Positions 10,421 to 24,944 of a stretch of 64,000 bases of DNA are shown piece after piece. Under the pieces are notes generated by a model. That model was not told the DNA's origin, did not search any database, and saw nothing but the letters and a program-made list of their open reading frames with translations. The stretch is taken from NCBI RefSeq assembly GCF_964194025.1, contig NC_134471.1:77314001-77378000 (forward strand), read 5' to 3'. Position 1 is the first letter of the stretch, and the number at the start of each line of letters is the position of its first letter. A program made the translations under genes and the position numbers. The stretch comes from Convolutriloba macropyga. Lineage: Eukaryota.

Positions 10421-11910
10421 CATTGTAAAAAAAGTTTAATGATTACCCGAAAAAGTACTTCAGTGAAACGAAATTTGACAAATATTTGATTTCAAAAAAA
10501 TCACGATCTCAATTTTTTAAACGAAACTTTTTTTATAAATCTTGATAAGATTTTGTGAAATTCTAAAAATCCACATGAGAAATAATGCTGATTATATAAA
10601 ATCGTAACAATCTCAAACAAATTGTTAGCTTCAAAACAGCTAGTTTTCACAATTTTCAAAAAACACTCAACCAACAAACTGCAAACAGCAAAGTTTCACA
10701 AACTTTTGCTTTTTCTTACCAAGAAATTTTAGCAAAATCTTCAATTTTCAAATATATTTCAAATTCGGTTTCATTTGGATTATGCTATGGCTTATTATAG
10801 TGGTTTGCATTGAACATTTTAATCCCTGGTGTGCGGTCTTTTGATTTTAAATACTACAGGTTGAGGTGTCTGCTTGAATTTCTGCAAAAAACGTACTGAA
10901 ACGTATTTTTTCAACTTTTAGCTCCAAATTGTTACTTCACGTTGAAATTAGAGGCGCAGAAAATGGTCGATGCTATGGAAGTAATACTCAATTTTTATCC
11001 CGAGGAGGAAAGTCTACACTTTCTACTTTACAGTTGTAGCCTAAAGAGTTCTCTAATCAGATTTGAGAAAAAGACTCAGCATTTGGGTGAGATGTTTTAA
11101 GTAGCACAGAAGTTCATTGGTTTTTCAAATTAAAATTTACTGATGCGTTTTGCTGTCGAACTTTTCGAGCAATTTATGCTGTGCTTTAGATTTCGTATAG
11201 CACTTCTTAAGCAACAAAATTGAAAAGCACAGGTTATAAAAATATTTAAAAATTCTTAATGCTGAAACAGTTGCGGAGATTAAAATATTAGCATCAGAAG
11301 ACAATTAAAATTTTGACTATCTTTTTAAGGTCAAAATTATTGCGTTCGAGGAATCATAGCAGGTTAAAAAACTGTATAACTCATCGCAGAACTCCGTCTT
11401 GTTGTGATGATAGCTGTGAATTTAAGCTTTACCAATTTTAAAATAAATAATTGTTAATTTCCCCTTATATGTTGCAGTAAATAATATTGAACAGCCAGCA
11501 TTTCAGATGACAGCTTCAACAAATTTGACAAAAATTACCACGTAGTTTTTCTTAAGCATAATGATTTTAATTCTTAAAAGTGATAAGAGCAAGTCAATTT
11601 CATACAAAAACAAGAGCTGAACCAAAACATATGTTGAACCGCCAAAAATTAGGTAACTGATGAAACAATTAAAACATTAAACAACAAAGAAATCTCTCTC
11701 TTGCCAATTTTACCAAAAATTTAGAGGGGAAACTTTATAGGGGACATTGAAGCCCCCCCCCCCACTAGATACCATGTTCCCACCACAATTTGTTCAAGTT
11801 GTTTAACTCGAATAGCATGATTAACCTTGATTAACCTAACTGAGGGACTTGGTACTCGGTATTTTTTGGGCAAAACACATTTTTAAGTTTTCACAAGATT
11901 TCTTGTAAAA

Positions 11911-14900
11911 ACTTTAGGGGAAATCGATCTCTCTCTAGTTCTCATTGAGAACTTTATTTCGAGGATGACTTTGTTCATCGTTTTGTTCGAGAGATGACAA
12001 CAAGAAACTCATTTCAGGACACTCCGCTGTCAACTGGAAGCATCACGACTTCGAGAGACTTGCAGCGAATCAAACCAATAAACCTCTATATGCGAGGTTC
12101 TTCTGGAAGCTACATGGACTGGGTCTTTTTCTACCATCCAATCAAGGGAGCAGTAATTGACAATGATCAGTTGACAGACACTTTGAAATTGCAGTACTGG
12201 AAGACAGCGCTAAATTGAGAAGCAAGCCCCGATGTTTTTTTCATTAATTACTGTCACAGACGACAACATCAATGTGGCAAAACAAATTTTGCAGAACAGA
12301 TAATACAACAACAAATTGAACCTCAGAGCTCTTATTCATGGAAATATCACGCATCGTGCACTACCTGCAGAAAAAAACAAGAGACCTGCGAAAACTTGTT
12401 GACACGATAGAAGAACATAGATTCTCCTTTTGATCATGGGAAGGCCGCTGGAGCACCGGTACCCTTTCGGTCCACTTCATTGCGGATGTACTACTTTCAG
12501 AAGCTCGAATGTTCTAGAAGCGTTTTTCTTAAGATAAGTAACCGCAAACTTACAACAGGTTAAATGATTTTTTATAAGACGCGTTCATCCCCTGGAGTCA
12601 GCAGCATCAACCAGCAGCTTTACAATTAAGAATAAAAAATCACATAAGTATCAAAATCACTGAAAAGAAAGCTCTACGCATATATCCCCGCCATGAGTCA
12701 ACAGACAGTGTGATTGTTGTGAAGTAGAGCAGCGCTTCTTTAAACGTGGAAAGCTTAAACATTTATGTGTTGAGGAGCGGGCCCAGCTGATCAAATTTAA
12801 AAGACTCTGTTCCAGAGACCTCAAGCAGCAACACCAAACAACTGACAACCAATCTTCTTTCAGACAACAATTGCAGCGGTAAATTTTGGGCACGAAAATA
12901 TACCACTAGGAGCAATTCTAGATTCAGCATCATAGAACAACCTCATAACAGAAGCTGCAATACAAAGAGTTCAACTAAGCGGAAGGGAAACAACACTCGT
13001 TTTTTTTCGACTTTTTCCCCTTTTTCGAGGGACACTTTAGGGGAAGTCGATCTCTCTCTAATTCTCATTGAGAACTTCGTTTTTATTGAAATTAGTTTTC
13101 TCCCTGAAGTACTGAACTCGCGCAGTGTATTTGGCCAATGTTTTCATTTGGGGAAACATAAGAATTCTACATTACAGTCTTTTGCGTGCGTTCTTCTCGT
13201 TCTTTACGCTTGTAGCAACAACAAACCCTAAATAACAATACAGCTACAGATAAACACAACAAAAAATCCAAAGAAAATCGTCCAGACCAACTCACAGAGC
13301 ATTTATGCACAGAAGCAGATTAACAACATGCAAGAAAATCTTGAGCTTCTTCGAAAGTCTCAAGGTGCACACAGAGCAGTTCCAACAGAACTCTACACAG
13401 AAGCAGAGATCGTCATGAACAGACTTTTTAAGATTCTCATTGGATAAGACCCTATCAGAGAGCAGCAGATAATTGATATTTTGAGGAAAAAGCAATTGCT
13501 CCTATCTTAGCAGAATCAGAAGATTCAGTCTTTTTTCGAGGATGACCTTGTTCATCGTTGTGTTCGAGAGAAGACGACAAGAAACTCAATTCGGGACACT
13601 CAGCTGTCAACTGGAAGCATCAAGACCTCGAGTAACATGCAGCAAATCAAACCAACAAACCTCGATATGACAGGGTTTTCTGGAAGCTACATGGGCTGGG
13701 TTTTTTTCTACCATCCATTCAAAGGAGCAGTAATTGACAATGATCAGTTGCCAGACAGCTTGAAATTGCAGTATTGGAAGACAGCGCTAAAATGGGAAGC
13801 AAGCCCCGATGTTGCTGTCATTAATTACTGTCACAGAAGACACCATCAATGTGGCAAAAAAAATTTTCCAGAACAGACAAGACAACAACAAATTGAACCT
13901 CGGAGCTCTAATTCATGGAAATATCACGCATCGTGCACTGCCTGCAGAAAAAAAAGACAAGAGACCTGCAAAAAATTATTGACACGATGGAAGAACATAG
14001 ATTCTCCTTTTGAACATGGGACAACCGCTGGAGCATTGGTACCCTTTTGGTCCACTTAATTGCGGAGAAATTACCTTCAGAAGCTCGAAAGTTCTAGGAG
14101 CGTTTTTCTTAAGATAAGTAACCGTAAACTTACAGCAAGTTAAAGATTTTCTTAGAGGACGCGTCCAACCCCGGGAGTCAGCAGCACCAACCAGCAGCTT
14201 TATAAATAAAAGTAAAAACTCACATCAGTATCAAAATCACTCAAACGGAAGCTCAAAACATATATCCCCGCCATGAGTCAACAGCGTGATTGTTGTGAAG
14301 AAGAACACCGCATGTTCAAATGTGGAAAGCTTAAAAATTTATGTGTTAAGGAGCGGGCCCAGCTGATCAAATTTAAAAGACTTTTTTCCAGAGACCTCAA
14401 GCAGCAACACCAAACAACTGACAACCAATCTTCTTTCAGACAACAATTGCAGCGGTAAATTTTGGGCACGAAATTATACCACTAGGAGCAATTCTAGATT
14501 CAGCATCACAGGACAACCTCATAGCAGAAGCTGCAGTACAAAGAGTTCAACTAAGCGGAAGGGAAACAACACTCGTTTTTTTTCGACTTTTTCCCCTTTT
14601 TCGAGGGAAACTTTAGGGGAAGTCGATCTCTCTCTAATTCTCATTGAGAACTTCGTTTTTATTAAAGTTATTTTTCTCCTTGAAGTACTAAGACTGAACT
14701 CGCGCAGTGTATTTAGCCGATGTTTTCATTTGGGGAAACATCAGAATTCTACATTACAGTCTTTTGCGTGCGTTCTTCTCGTTCTTTACGCTTGTAGCAA
14801 CAACAAACCCACAATAACAATACAGCTACAGATAAACACAACCAAATCCAAGGGAAATCGTCCAGACCGACTCACAGAGCATTTATGCACAGAAGCAGAT

Positions 14901-16390
14901 TAACAACATGCAAGAAAATCTTGAGCTTCTTCGAAAGTCTCAAGGTGCACACAGAGCATTTCCAACAGAACTCTACAAAGAAGCTGAGATCGTCATGAAC
15001 AGACTCTTTAAGATTCTCATTGAATAAGACCCTCTCAGAGAGCAGCAGATAATTGATATTTTGAGGAAAAAGCAATTGCTCCTATCTTAGCACAATCAGA
15101 AGACTCAGTCTTTTTTCGAGGATGACTTTGTTCATCGTTGTGCTCGAGAGAAGACAACAAGAAACTCAATTCGGAACACTCAGCTGTCAACTGGAAGCAT
15201 CAAGACTTCGAGTAACATGCAGCGAATCAAACCAACAAACCTCGATATGACAGGTTTTTCTGGAAGCTACATGGACTGGGTTTTTTTCTACCATCCATTC
15301 AAGGGAGCAGTAATTGACAATGATCAGTTGACAGACAGCATGAAATTGGAGTATTGGAAGACAGCCCTAAAATGGGAAGCAAGCCCCGATGTTGCTGTCA
15401 ATAATTATTGTCACAGAAGACACCATCAATGTGGCAAAAAAAAATTTCCAGAACAGACAAGACAACAACAAATTGAACCTCGGAGCTCTAATTCATGGAA
15501 ATATCACGCATCGTGCACCGCCTGCAGAAAAAAAAGACAAGAGACCTGCAAAAATTTTTTGACACGATTGAAGAACATAGATTCTCCTTTTGAACATGGG
15601 ACAGCCGCTGGAGCATCCGTACCCTTTTGGTCCGCTTAATTGCGGAGAAATTGCCTTCAGAAGCTCGAAAGTTCTAGGATTGTTTTTCTTAAGATAAGTA
15701 ACCGTAAATTTACAACAAGTTAAAGGATTTCTTAGAGGACGCGTCCAGCCCCTGGAGTCAGCAGCACCAACCAGCAGCTTTACAATTAAGTGTAAAAAAT
15801 CACATCAGCATCAAAATCACTCACAAGGAAGCTCAAAACATATATCCCCGCCATGAGTCAACAGTGTGATTGTTGTGAAGAAGAACACCGCATTTTTAAA
15901 TGTGGAAAGCTTAAAAATTTGTGTGTTAAGGAGCGGGCCCAGCTGATCAACTTTAAAAGACTCTGTTCCAGAGACCTCAAGCAGCAACACCAAACAACTG
16001 ACAACCAATCTTTACAATTAAGAATAAAAAAAAACATAAGTATCAAAATCACTGAAAAGGAAGCTCTACGCATATATCCCCGCCATGAGTCAACAGTGTG
16101 ATTTTTGTGATGAAGAGCAGCGCTTCTTTAAGTGTGGAAAGCTTTAACATTTATGTGTTGAGGAGCGGGCCCAGCTGATCAAATTTAAAAGACTCTGTTC
16201 CAGAGACCTCAAGCAGCAACACCAAACAACTGACAACCAATCTTCTTTCAGACAACAATTGTAGCGGTAATTTTTGGGGGCGAAATTATACATCTAGGAG
16301 CAATTCTAGGTTCAGCATCACAGAACAACCACATAACAGAAGCTGCAGTACAAAGAGTTCAACTAAAGCCGAAGGGAAACAACACTCGTT
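11911..16390 (+). repeat. Tandem triplication of the BEL leader-gag-protease segment
   Basis: Units start with CTTTAGGGGAA.TCGATCTCTCTCTA at ~11911, 13035 and 14611. Paralogous ORFs 13637/15217 are offset by 1580 bp. Unit 1 has an internal deletion; unit 3 has an extra ~235-bp duplication (~15780-16250). Confidence 0.85.
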
Positions 16391-18379
16391 TTTTCGTCTG
16401 GTAGGAAATGTAGTGTCAACTACTCGCGGATACTTTGACGTTTGCCTTCAACTGAAAAGCAGAGCAACAAATATAGTTGAGGCGTCGGTTTTAACAAAGA
16501 TGGTAACCGATTTGCCTTATCGGTTTGTCAAACATACTTTTGAGAGACTGTTAAAGACCTACAGCTAGCAGATACTTACTTAAGCGGACCATCTTAAATT
16601 GAACTTATCATAACTGCTGGACATTATGTGAATTCAATGCTTGGGAACAACCAGTTTCCGAGACCAAATGTCTCTCTCACTTATCGACTATCAGTATTTG
16701 TATGGTTAGTAAAACTTGGAGCAATTCTACACCTCCAAATTTAAAAAAGAATTCTACACCTCATTAGAATTCTACACCTCCAATTCTACACCTCCTTTTT
16801 ATTTCTGCAGTTGATGACAGCTTAAAGCGTTTCTGGTACACTGAAGAATTCCCAACAGTTAAACATTCGACTCCTAGGGACGGAAAGTGTTAAGCACATC
16901 ATTCCAACAACAAGATGTAGCCGTGAATGAAGACTCATCAGGATTTTGCCAGTTGAGGAGGAAGTTTAACCTTTGGGGGATTCACAACAGCAAGCTTGAC
17001 GAAGACTTTTTGGCAGATTTCGAAAATATCAAGAACTATACAGGAGATACAGCAATGTTATTAACAAGTTTATGAGTCTTGGACACATGGAGGGGAGACC
17101 AGCAGAGGAAATGCTACTGCCAATGGAAAAGAACTAGTATCTGGGACACCATTGCGTATTCAAAGACTCAAGTACAACCACCAATTTTTGAGTTGTCTTT
17201 GATAGGTCAGCGAAGACCAACAGCAGATTATCTTTGAACGGTAGCTTGATGATGCGACCCAAGCTACAAGAGCGCCGTTCACCATCCTCAAACGCTTTTG
17301 ATTTCATCCTGTAATCCTCCCAGCCGATAGAGCAAAGATTTACAGACAAATAGATTTTTACGCCGAATACAGGAAGTACCATCGGATACTCTGGAAAGAA
17401 ACAATTTCGCAAAATGTCAAAAATATCGAATAACACATGTTACAAATGGCATAGCGTCAAAAAATTTTTTCATCCAACTCATTACAAGTTTTAGAAGAAG
17501 AAGTTGATGAAAAAAAATACGCAGCTATTGATTTTGTAGGACGTGTAAGTTGACGACCTGTTGACAGGAGCAGACTTGTCGACATGGAAAGTGCTTCGCA
17601 ACTGCAGAGCACAATCATTTCATTTCTTTCACAGGTTGGTTTCTGCAATTGCAAACCGACGTCTAGTAACGTGCCTGCTCACTTTTTAGACGTAGCCGAT
17701 GAGATGACAATTTAAAGGGAGCATACAGAATAAAAATTTCCGAGATCAATTGGAGCCCAAATCCGGATTATTTCAACTTTGTAGCAAAACTTGGAAAAAG
17801 GAGCCATCGACTAAACAAGAATTACTGTCAAAATGCACTAATTGGGACACATAAGTTTAAAGTAATCAACACTAATGTCGGACAATTATGGAAAACGTGG
17901 TTCTTAGACTTTTTGACCAAACTTCAGCAGCGAAGAGAATGGATAAATCGCGATAGCATTTCAATTAATTCAATGGCAGTCATCATTTGGAAAAATATTT
18001 TGTACGTCGGAAAAATCATCAAATAACCAAACAGAGGATGAAATAGATTCATTCTACCAAGATAACAAAACGACGCAATTGGGCATCAAAGAAACTACAA
18101 GGGATTGACCAAAAACCGTCAAAGTAGAAATATCATCAAGAAATCACATAGGCTTTGTTAAGATAAGGAAGCACTCTTCAACTATTTAATCTGCTCAGAA
18201 CTACGGATCTTTATCAAGGAAGAATCACCTTGTCTGATTCAAAGCAAATTCCTGGTTGAGTTCGACCTTAATGTTAGTCGATCTTTTCTGTCATTAGAAA
18301 TTGAAGGAGACAACACCGGCAATGCGGAAAGTAGTGTGCGCCTTGAATTAGCAGGGATCATTCACATGGCCAGTGAAAG

Positions 18380-21300
18380 TTTTGATGAGGTAAAACTAGG
18401 TAATAATGTGATGGGCATGATTTTGTTATGTTCAAGGATAAGGTAGATAAAGTTAGCTGGGTTGCAAGGTTTAAGCAAAAGGTAGATAAGGTTAGCAGGG
18501 TTAGCAAGGTTAGCGGGGTGAGGCTAAGGTAGGTAATTTGCAAAACCCCAAAAATTAGTTACAATTGAAAAGGTGAAAAATACCTGACGCAAAATGAAGC
18601 TTTTGCAAACAGGGGACATCTTTTCAAACGTTCATCCTTCTTTCTTCGACACAGTGAGCAGGATTGTTTGCGTAGACGTAGATGCAGGACCCGCAAATTC
18701 CCCAAAGCACTATTGACAGAATCTTTCCCATCCTGATTACCACAAAATGAGCGATCACTAATTTTATAATCAGAAAAACACATTCAAAAAACTTGCATTT
18801 TGGACCACAAATGACACTGTTCCAACTCCGTCAAACTGTTTGGACTCGCGGGAACTCTCGATTGTCACAAACCGACACAACTCCATTGTTCTTCAGCCAC
18901 AAGGAGGAAATCTTCATACGGAACGTGTGATCCGTCTTTTGCTTTCAGTCAAACTGGCTTGGTCAACTGCGGACCCATCAACACAAAGGACAGAAAGGGA
19001 ACATTGCAAAAGACTTGAGGTACCGTTTTCAGATGATTCAGCAAAGAGGGTGTTCATATTGAAACTCTACAAATATTGAAAAAACATTGATGCTTTTTTA
19101 TTCTCATAATACACAGGAAGTCAAAATTTTACGCTCGAACACACCTGCTTGAAAAAATTGCATAACAAAACTTTAGGAGAAATGAGTTGGTAATATTTTG
19201 GTCAACGAATCATTTGAAGACTTCTCTATGAGACAGCACATCAACTCTAATCCAAGGTGGAACTTGGTAAAAATGAAATGGGCAAGTTTGGTAAGTTCAA
19301 AGATAAGGTAGATGAGGTTAGCCGAATTGCAAGGTTCAAAGAAAGGGTAGATAAGGTTAGCAAGGTTAGCAGTGTGAGGCTATGGTAGGTAATTTTGATA
19401 CCTAAAAGTGCAGTAATTAACAAATTAAAAAGTGAAAAAAACTGGACGCAGAACGAAGCTTTTCCAATAAAAGGACAAATTTTCAATCTTTTGTCTTGCT
19501 TCGTCATAGAAAGCAAGGTTGTTCGCGTAGGCGTAGGTGGAGGAATCGCAAATTGCTCACACAAAACTGACAGGAATTTTCCCATCCTGATTCCCAAAAG
19601 ATGACCGATCACTGAAGTTCTAATCAGAGAAGAATTTTCAAGGAACCTGCAAGCAGGACTACAATTGACACTGTTTAAACTTTGTCAAACTGTTTGGATT
19701 CACTGGAACTCTCACTTAAGAAGAAGAAAAATTTCAATTACAGCCACAAGTAAGAGATCATTATACAGAACTTGTGATCCCGTCTTTTGATTTCAACCAA
19801 ACTGGTTTGATCAACTGCGGACTCATCAACACAAAGGAGAGAAAGAGAACTTTGCAAGAGACTTGAGTTACCGTTTGCAGATGCTTCAGCAAAGAGGGTG
19901 TTCATATTGAAACACTACAAACATTGAAAAATCACGAGCGCCTTAACGAAGTTAAACAACTTATAGCCCGACGTTGAATGCCGAAAAACATCTGCAGCAA
20001 CAACAAAATCTTTACCTGGCACTCGATGAGAATTTGAGTTCTAGAAATTGTTAATGGATTGTAAAATCAAAGGATCACTAGAAGTCTACTCTACAGGGCA
20101 GCACAACAGCTTGTTGACTATTTTCCCGTGATCAGCAATTTCTGGAGGACATTGTGAAGCAGCTCTATGTATAGAGTTTGTACATTGACCTCTATGACAG
20201 CAGCGAGTGTAATGACGCCAATGACGACAACGATGACAAACATTTCATTTGCTTAGGGAAAACAATAACCTCGTAAATTTGAAAAAGTTGTTATGGCAAA
20301 TGGAAAATGCAACCTAAACCTCAAGGAAGCCGGAATATGTTGCAGAAAATAAACTTGACAAGCCAGCATTTCAGATGACTTCTTCAACAAAGGTAACAAA
20401 ATATTACCACGTGATTTGAACTAAAAAATCATAATTTCATCTAATTTTATCAGGAGTACTTTTTACCTCCTGAGCTTGAATTCCTCACTAGTATAAAGCA
20501 TAGAAGTATCTCTGGCCTTAAAAAAAGTCTGTTTCATTAAAAAAGAGTTTTGCACTGCAACAAATTTATCTCAAAATAAAATTCAAATGTTAAAGAAAAA
20601 CATCAAGAAAACTTAAGCAGAAAAATAAATCAGTAATAGTTAAAACTTTTTGATCTTAAATTAAAAAACAAACATAATTTTTTGCAGCTTTTTCTACAGC
20701 TCAAAAGAATTGCAATGCAATCAAAGATATAAAATTGGACTCTTTCATTGATATATTGCGTAACAATTACTTTTTAGTCCTTTAAAAAATTAATCTCTCA
20801 TTGTTTTTACAAGGAAGCTCTTGATAACGTTTTAATTCTAGATAAATTACGCAGAGTGCTGAGCATTAGAATGGTTTGCACAAAAAACTCAACTTATTTA
20901 CTTCATTCTTATCAAAGGCAACTTTTTATAACCAGTGATGCTGTTTAATTCTCAAAATACACAGGAAGTCAGTATTTTACGCTCAAACACTCTTGCTTGA
21001 AAAAAATTGCACAACAACACTTTAGGAGAAAATATTTGGTAATATTTTCGTCAAAGAAAAATTTGAAGGCTTTTATACGGGACAGCACATCAACTCGGTG
21101 ACTAGTCCAAGGTAGAACTTGGTAAAAATGAGATGGGCAAGTTTGGTAAGTTCAAAGATAAGGTAGATGAGGTTAAACGAATTGCAAGGTTCAAAGAAAG
21201 GGTAGATGAAGTTAGCAAGGTAGGCAGTGTGAGGCTAAGTTGTGTAATTTGGATACCTCAAAAGAAGTAACAAATGAAAAAGTGAAAAAAAGCCGGACGC

Positions 21301-21800
21301 ATAACGAAGCTATTACAATAAAGGGACAACTTTTCAATCTCTTTCCTTGCTTCGTCACAGAGAGCAAGGTTGTTCGCATAGGCGTAGATGGAGGACTCGC
21401 AAATCGCTCACACAAAACTGAGAGGAATTTTCCCATCCTGATTCCTAAAAAGTGACCGATCACTGAACTTCTGATCAGAGAAGAATGCTGAAGGGACTTG
21501 CAAGGAGGACCACAATTGACACTTTTCCAATTTTGTCAAACTGTTTGGATTCACTGGAACTCTCACTTAAGAAGAAGAAAAACTTCAATTGCAAACCTTC
21601 AATCCGAAACAACTCCAGTGTTCTACAGGCAAAAAGTGGGAGATTTTCAATCGGAACGGTTGATCCTGTCCTTTGCTTTCAGCTAAACTGGTTTGGATGA
21701 CTCTGGAACCCTCAACATAAACGACAGCAAGGGAACCGTGCAAAAGACTTGCGTTAACCTTTTCAGATGTTAAAGGATTGTGAGTTCGAAGAATCAATAG
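18380..21800 (+). repeat. Three diverged copies of a BEL RNaseH/integrase N-terminal segment, each preceded by GGTTAG-rich purine repeats
   Basis: Copies at ~18380-19080, ~19250-19930 and ~21110-21800 with remnants VGGG.AN.SH...FPILIPK, GPQLTLFQ..QTVWI and TGLDDSG. Confidence 0.75.
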
Positions 21801-24447
21801 AAGCCTTCTCTACGGGACAGCAATTAGCTGGTTGACTTTTTTCCCATGATCATTGAAGGACTTTGGGAGGTAGCTACAAAATCTATGAAGAGGCACTATT
21901 ATATGAACGTTGTAAAAACTAAAATGTCTCTTGAGACTTTCAAAACACCGATCGTTCAGATTGAAGCAATTTTGAATTCCCAACTTTTGACAACCCCTTC
22001 TGCCGATTGTAATGGCCCAATACTAATCACACCAGCTCATTTCCTGACTGAACACACTCTTACGGCAATACCTGAGCCATCGCAGCAGGACGACAAGACA
22101 CTGATTTGAAAGTTTAATGTAATAAAAACTATTGTCATACAATTCTCGGAAAAGTGTCCGTGGACTGCTTGGCAACACTTCAACAGCAACTAAAGTGACA
22201 AAACAAAAATCCAAATCAGTCCGTCAAAGCCATTGTTATCATCATGCTTTTGCCATATGCAAAAATAACTAAATTATTTTTGAGAAAACTGTCCACATAG
22301 TGCGAGTTGCTCAGGTCAAGTCCCGAACAGGTCTCTACATTCAACAACTTATCCAAATTGTTGCATTGCAGAAGGAGAGGCAAGACAATCACACGCACGA
22401 ATCAAAGATAATGGATTGCTCAATGGACAAGGTGTGACAAGAAGCGCCACCAAAGCAACCACAAATCAATTCAAATCATCCCTGAAAACGATCACGATGC
22501 GCAAATACATCCAGAATCAAGATATTTAATTTTTTCCAAAAATTGAACTCCGTGACGGTAGCGAGAGTAATAACGCCAATGACGCCGACCATGACAATCA
22601 TTTCGTTTGCTTCGCAAAATGATAACCTTGGAAATTTGCAAATTTTGTTATGGTCAATACAATATAAAAAACTTAAACATGAACTTCCTCTGAACCCGTT
22701 CAAGGAAGCCGGGATAAATTGCAGTATATAAACTTGACCATCCAGCATTTCATGACTTCTTCAACAAAGGTAACAAAAAATTACCAAGTGATTTGAACTA
22801 AGATCTCATCATTTAATCTGATTTTATTACGAATACTTGTTACCTCCTGAGCTTGAGTTCTTCTCAAGATTAATTTGTATTCGTCTTAATAGCGTTAAAA
22901 ACGAGTGTTTTTCATACAAAAATATTGTTGCGCCGCAAACAATACACATCCTAATTAATGCAATGAATAAATCAGTTAGTCCAATTTTTTTTTACCTTAC
23001 TTGAAAAAACAAACATAATTTTTTGCACAATTTTCTATGCACAGAAATTTTTGTCAAAACCTAATTTTTAGTCCTTCAAAAAAATTATTCCAAAAAATTT
23101 TATCTCAATTTTTTTTACAAGAAAGCTACTGATAACGTTTTAAGTCTAATATATGAAGGCAGACTTCTGAAAATTTGAATGGCTTGTACAAAACACAACT
23201 TAATTACTTCATTCTTATCAAACGTAACTTTTAATAACCTGCGATGTTCTTTTTTCATAATACAGAGAAAGTCAATATTATACGCTGGAACACTGTTGCT
23301 GATAAGAGGGCACATCGATACTTTAGGAAAAGAGTGTGGTAAAATGTTGTCGTGGAGTTCCAGATCTCTGAGCCGAGCGTACCTCTGCCAATCATAACAG
23401 GCTTTAATAGCCTAAGTGATTTTTTTTCCAAAACTAAAATTAAGCTTTATAGCAACCCCACCCCCCCCCAAAAAAAAAGTGTAGGCGACTTATTTTAACT
23501 GAAAACAAATACGCTTCATCTTGTGACCTTACTTAGTGTACTCCTAAATGTTACTCCACAAGCCATTCCGTGGAATATTTTTTATCAATTCTTAATCAAA
23601 CTTTAGTTTGCCGTCAATAACTGGGCAAGATCCTTCACACTCGTTGGTAGTGCTCTTTTGTTCATTGTCGACAATTAAAATTGTATTTGTTGAGCTTTTC
23701 TTGATGCTAGAAACTATATACTCCGTTTTTAAATGTCCACATCTAGGTGAGGCTTTGTAGAAAAAGTCATTAGTTTTTGAGATTTTGTTTCAAACATTTT
23801 AAGATGATTTGTTAATTTGCAATGGTTTTTGAAATTGGCGCTCTCAGACGTTTTCTAAACTTTGGAAACTAAAATTGTCTTCTTTTTTTTCAACCAAATG
23901 CCAAAATGCCAACTTATAAGATTTTTTTTTCCATAACTCTTGCAATATTATGCGTAATCTTGAGATATTTTAACTAAATAAATTGAATGTTGCTAGTTAA
24001 GATTTCGGTTCCAATGGGGCTTAGCTGTTCATAACACTATAAGTTAAAACTGTCAACGGTTTAATTAAGATTGATAAAACGCCAAAGAAAAATTTAATTT
24101 TCAAAAGGGGCTATTTGCCCCAGTTCAAAAGGGGCTATTTCAAAAATATACATCACTGTGAGGATGCTACATTTCATGATTATTTTTTGTTGAATCCACG
24201 CCAGAAAATGCAACATCTCGGGTGGCAAAATTACCAATAAAAGAACGTTTAGGCGAAAAAAGCTTTTTCAGCGTTAGGGGGCTTGCAAGATTAAACACTG
24301 CTTGCTTTGAAACTAGTGCGTTTTTCATGTCATGCAACTTTTAGCAGCGATGTTTGCTTGCCCTCAAAATAACTATAGCAGAAAAAAATCATTAGCTTAT
24401 AGTTGAACCCAAGTCTACTGTTTCCATTGCTCAGTCAACCATGCTTT

Positions 24448-24761
24448 TAACGGGGAAAAGAGTGTAAAGAGTGTAAAAACAATATGTTTACACCATTAGT
24501 GCCCCCCTTAATAAGGGTGGAATTACCTGTTAAAGTGGAATTTTAGCGGTGTAATTTTAAGATTTAACGGTGGAAGAAGAGTGGAATAACTTATTTTTAC
24601 ACTCGTTGGACCGTTAAAACTTGTTGTTACACTGTTTTATTCAAGTTTTTCTATTATTTACACACGTAAATTACACTTTAATATGTAATTCCACCCTCAA
24701 TACGGGGCACTAACGGTGTAAAAATATTATTTTTACACTCTTTACACAATTTTCGCCGTTA
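24448..24761. mobile_element. Foldback-type MITE with ~95-bp imperfect terminal inverted repeats
   Basis: Left TAACGGGGAAAAGAGTGTAAAGAGTGTAAAAACAATATGTTTACACCATTAGTGCCCC...GGGTGGAATTAC matches the reverse complement of the right arm ending CACTCTTTACACAATTTTCGCCGTTA. Confidence 0.8.
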
Positions 24762-24774
24762 TTATTTCCCCATC

Positions 24775-24776
<2 letters not shown>

Positions 24777-24860
<84 letters not shown>
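24777..24860. repeat. (TA)n microsatellite
   Basis: About 42 TA units with one interruption. Confidence 0.95.
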
Positions 24861-24944
24861 GAAGAAATATGAAATTGCTTCAGCTGATTTTATTGTCAAC
24901 TAAGAAAACAGCCAGCCAGCAACAGAGAGCTAAAATAGGTTTAC

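Larger units (their letters stand above)
11911..22210 (+). mobile_element. Decayed, rearranged BEL/Pao LTR retrotransposon
   Basis: Gag DUF1759-like FSGSYM.WVFFYHPFKGAVIDNDQL.DSLKLQYWKTALK.EA; gag knuckle CDCCEEEH..FKC...V.ER; protease RAILDSASQ.NLI (e.g. ~14485, ~16300); RT entry YLGHHCVFKDSSTTT..VVFDRSAKT (~17140); DUF5641-like QLWKTW..DFLTKLQQR.EW (~17880); integrase GLWE..TKSMKRH...QIEAILNS..LT...ITPAHFL (ORF 21846-22109). Many stops and frameshifts. Confidence 0.85.

Noticed and set aside
18425-18540. Telomere-like GGTTAG repeats (also ~19300 and ~21150)
   Set aside because: Irregular ~9-bp units embedded in a triplicated block; not a true TTAGG/TTAGGG tract.
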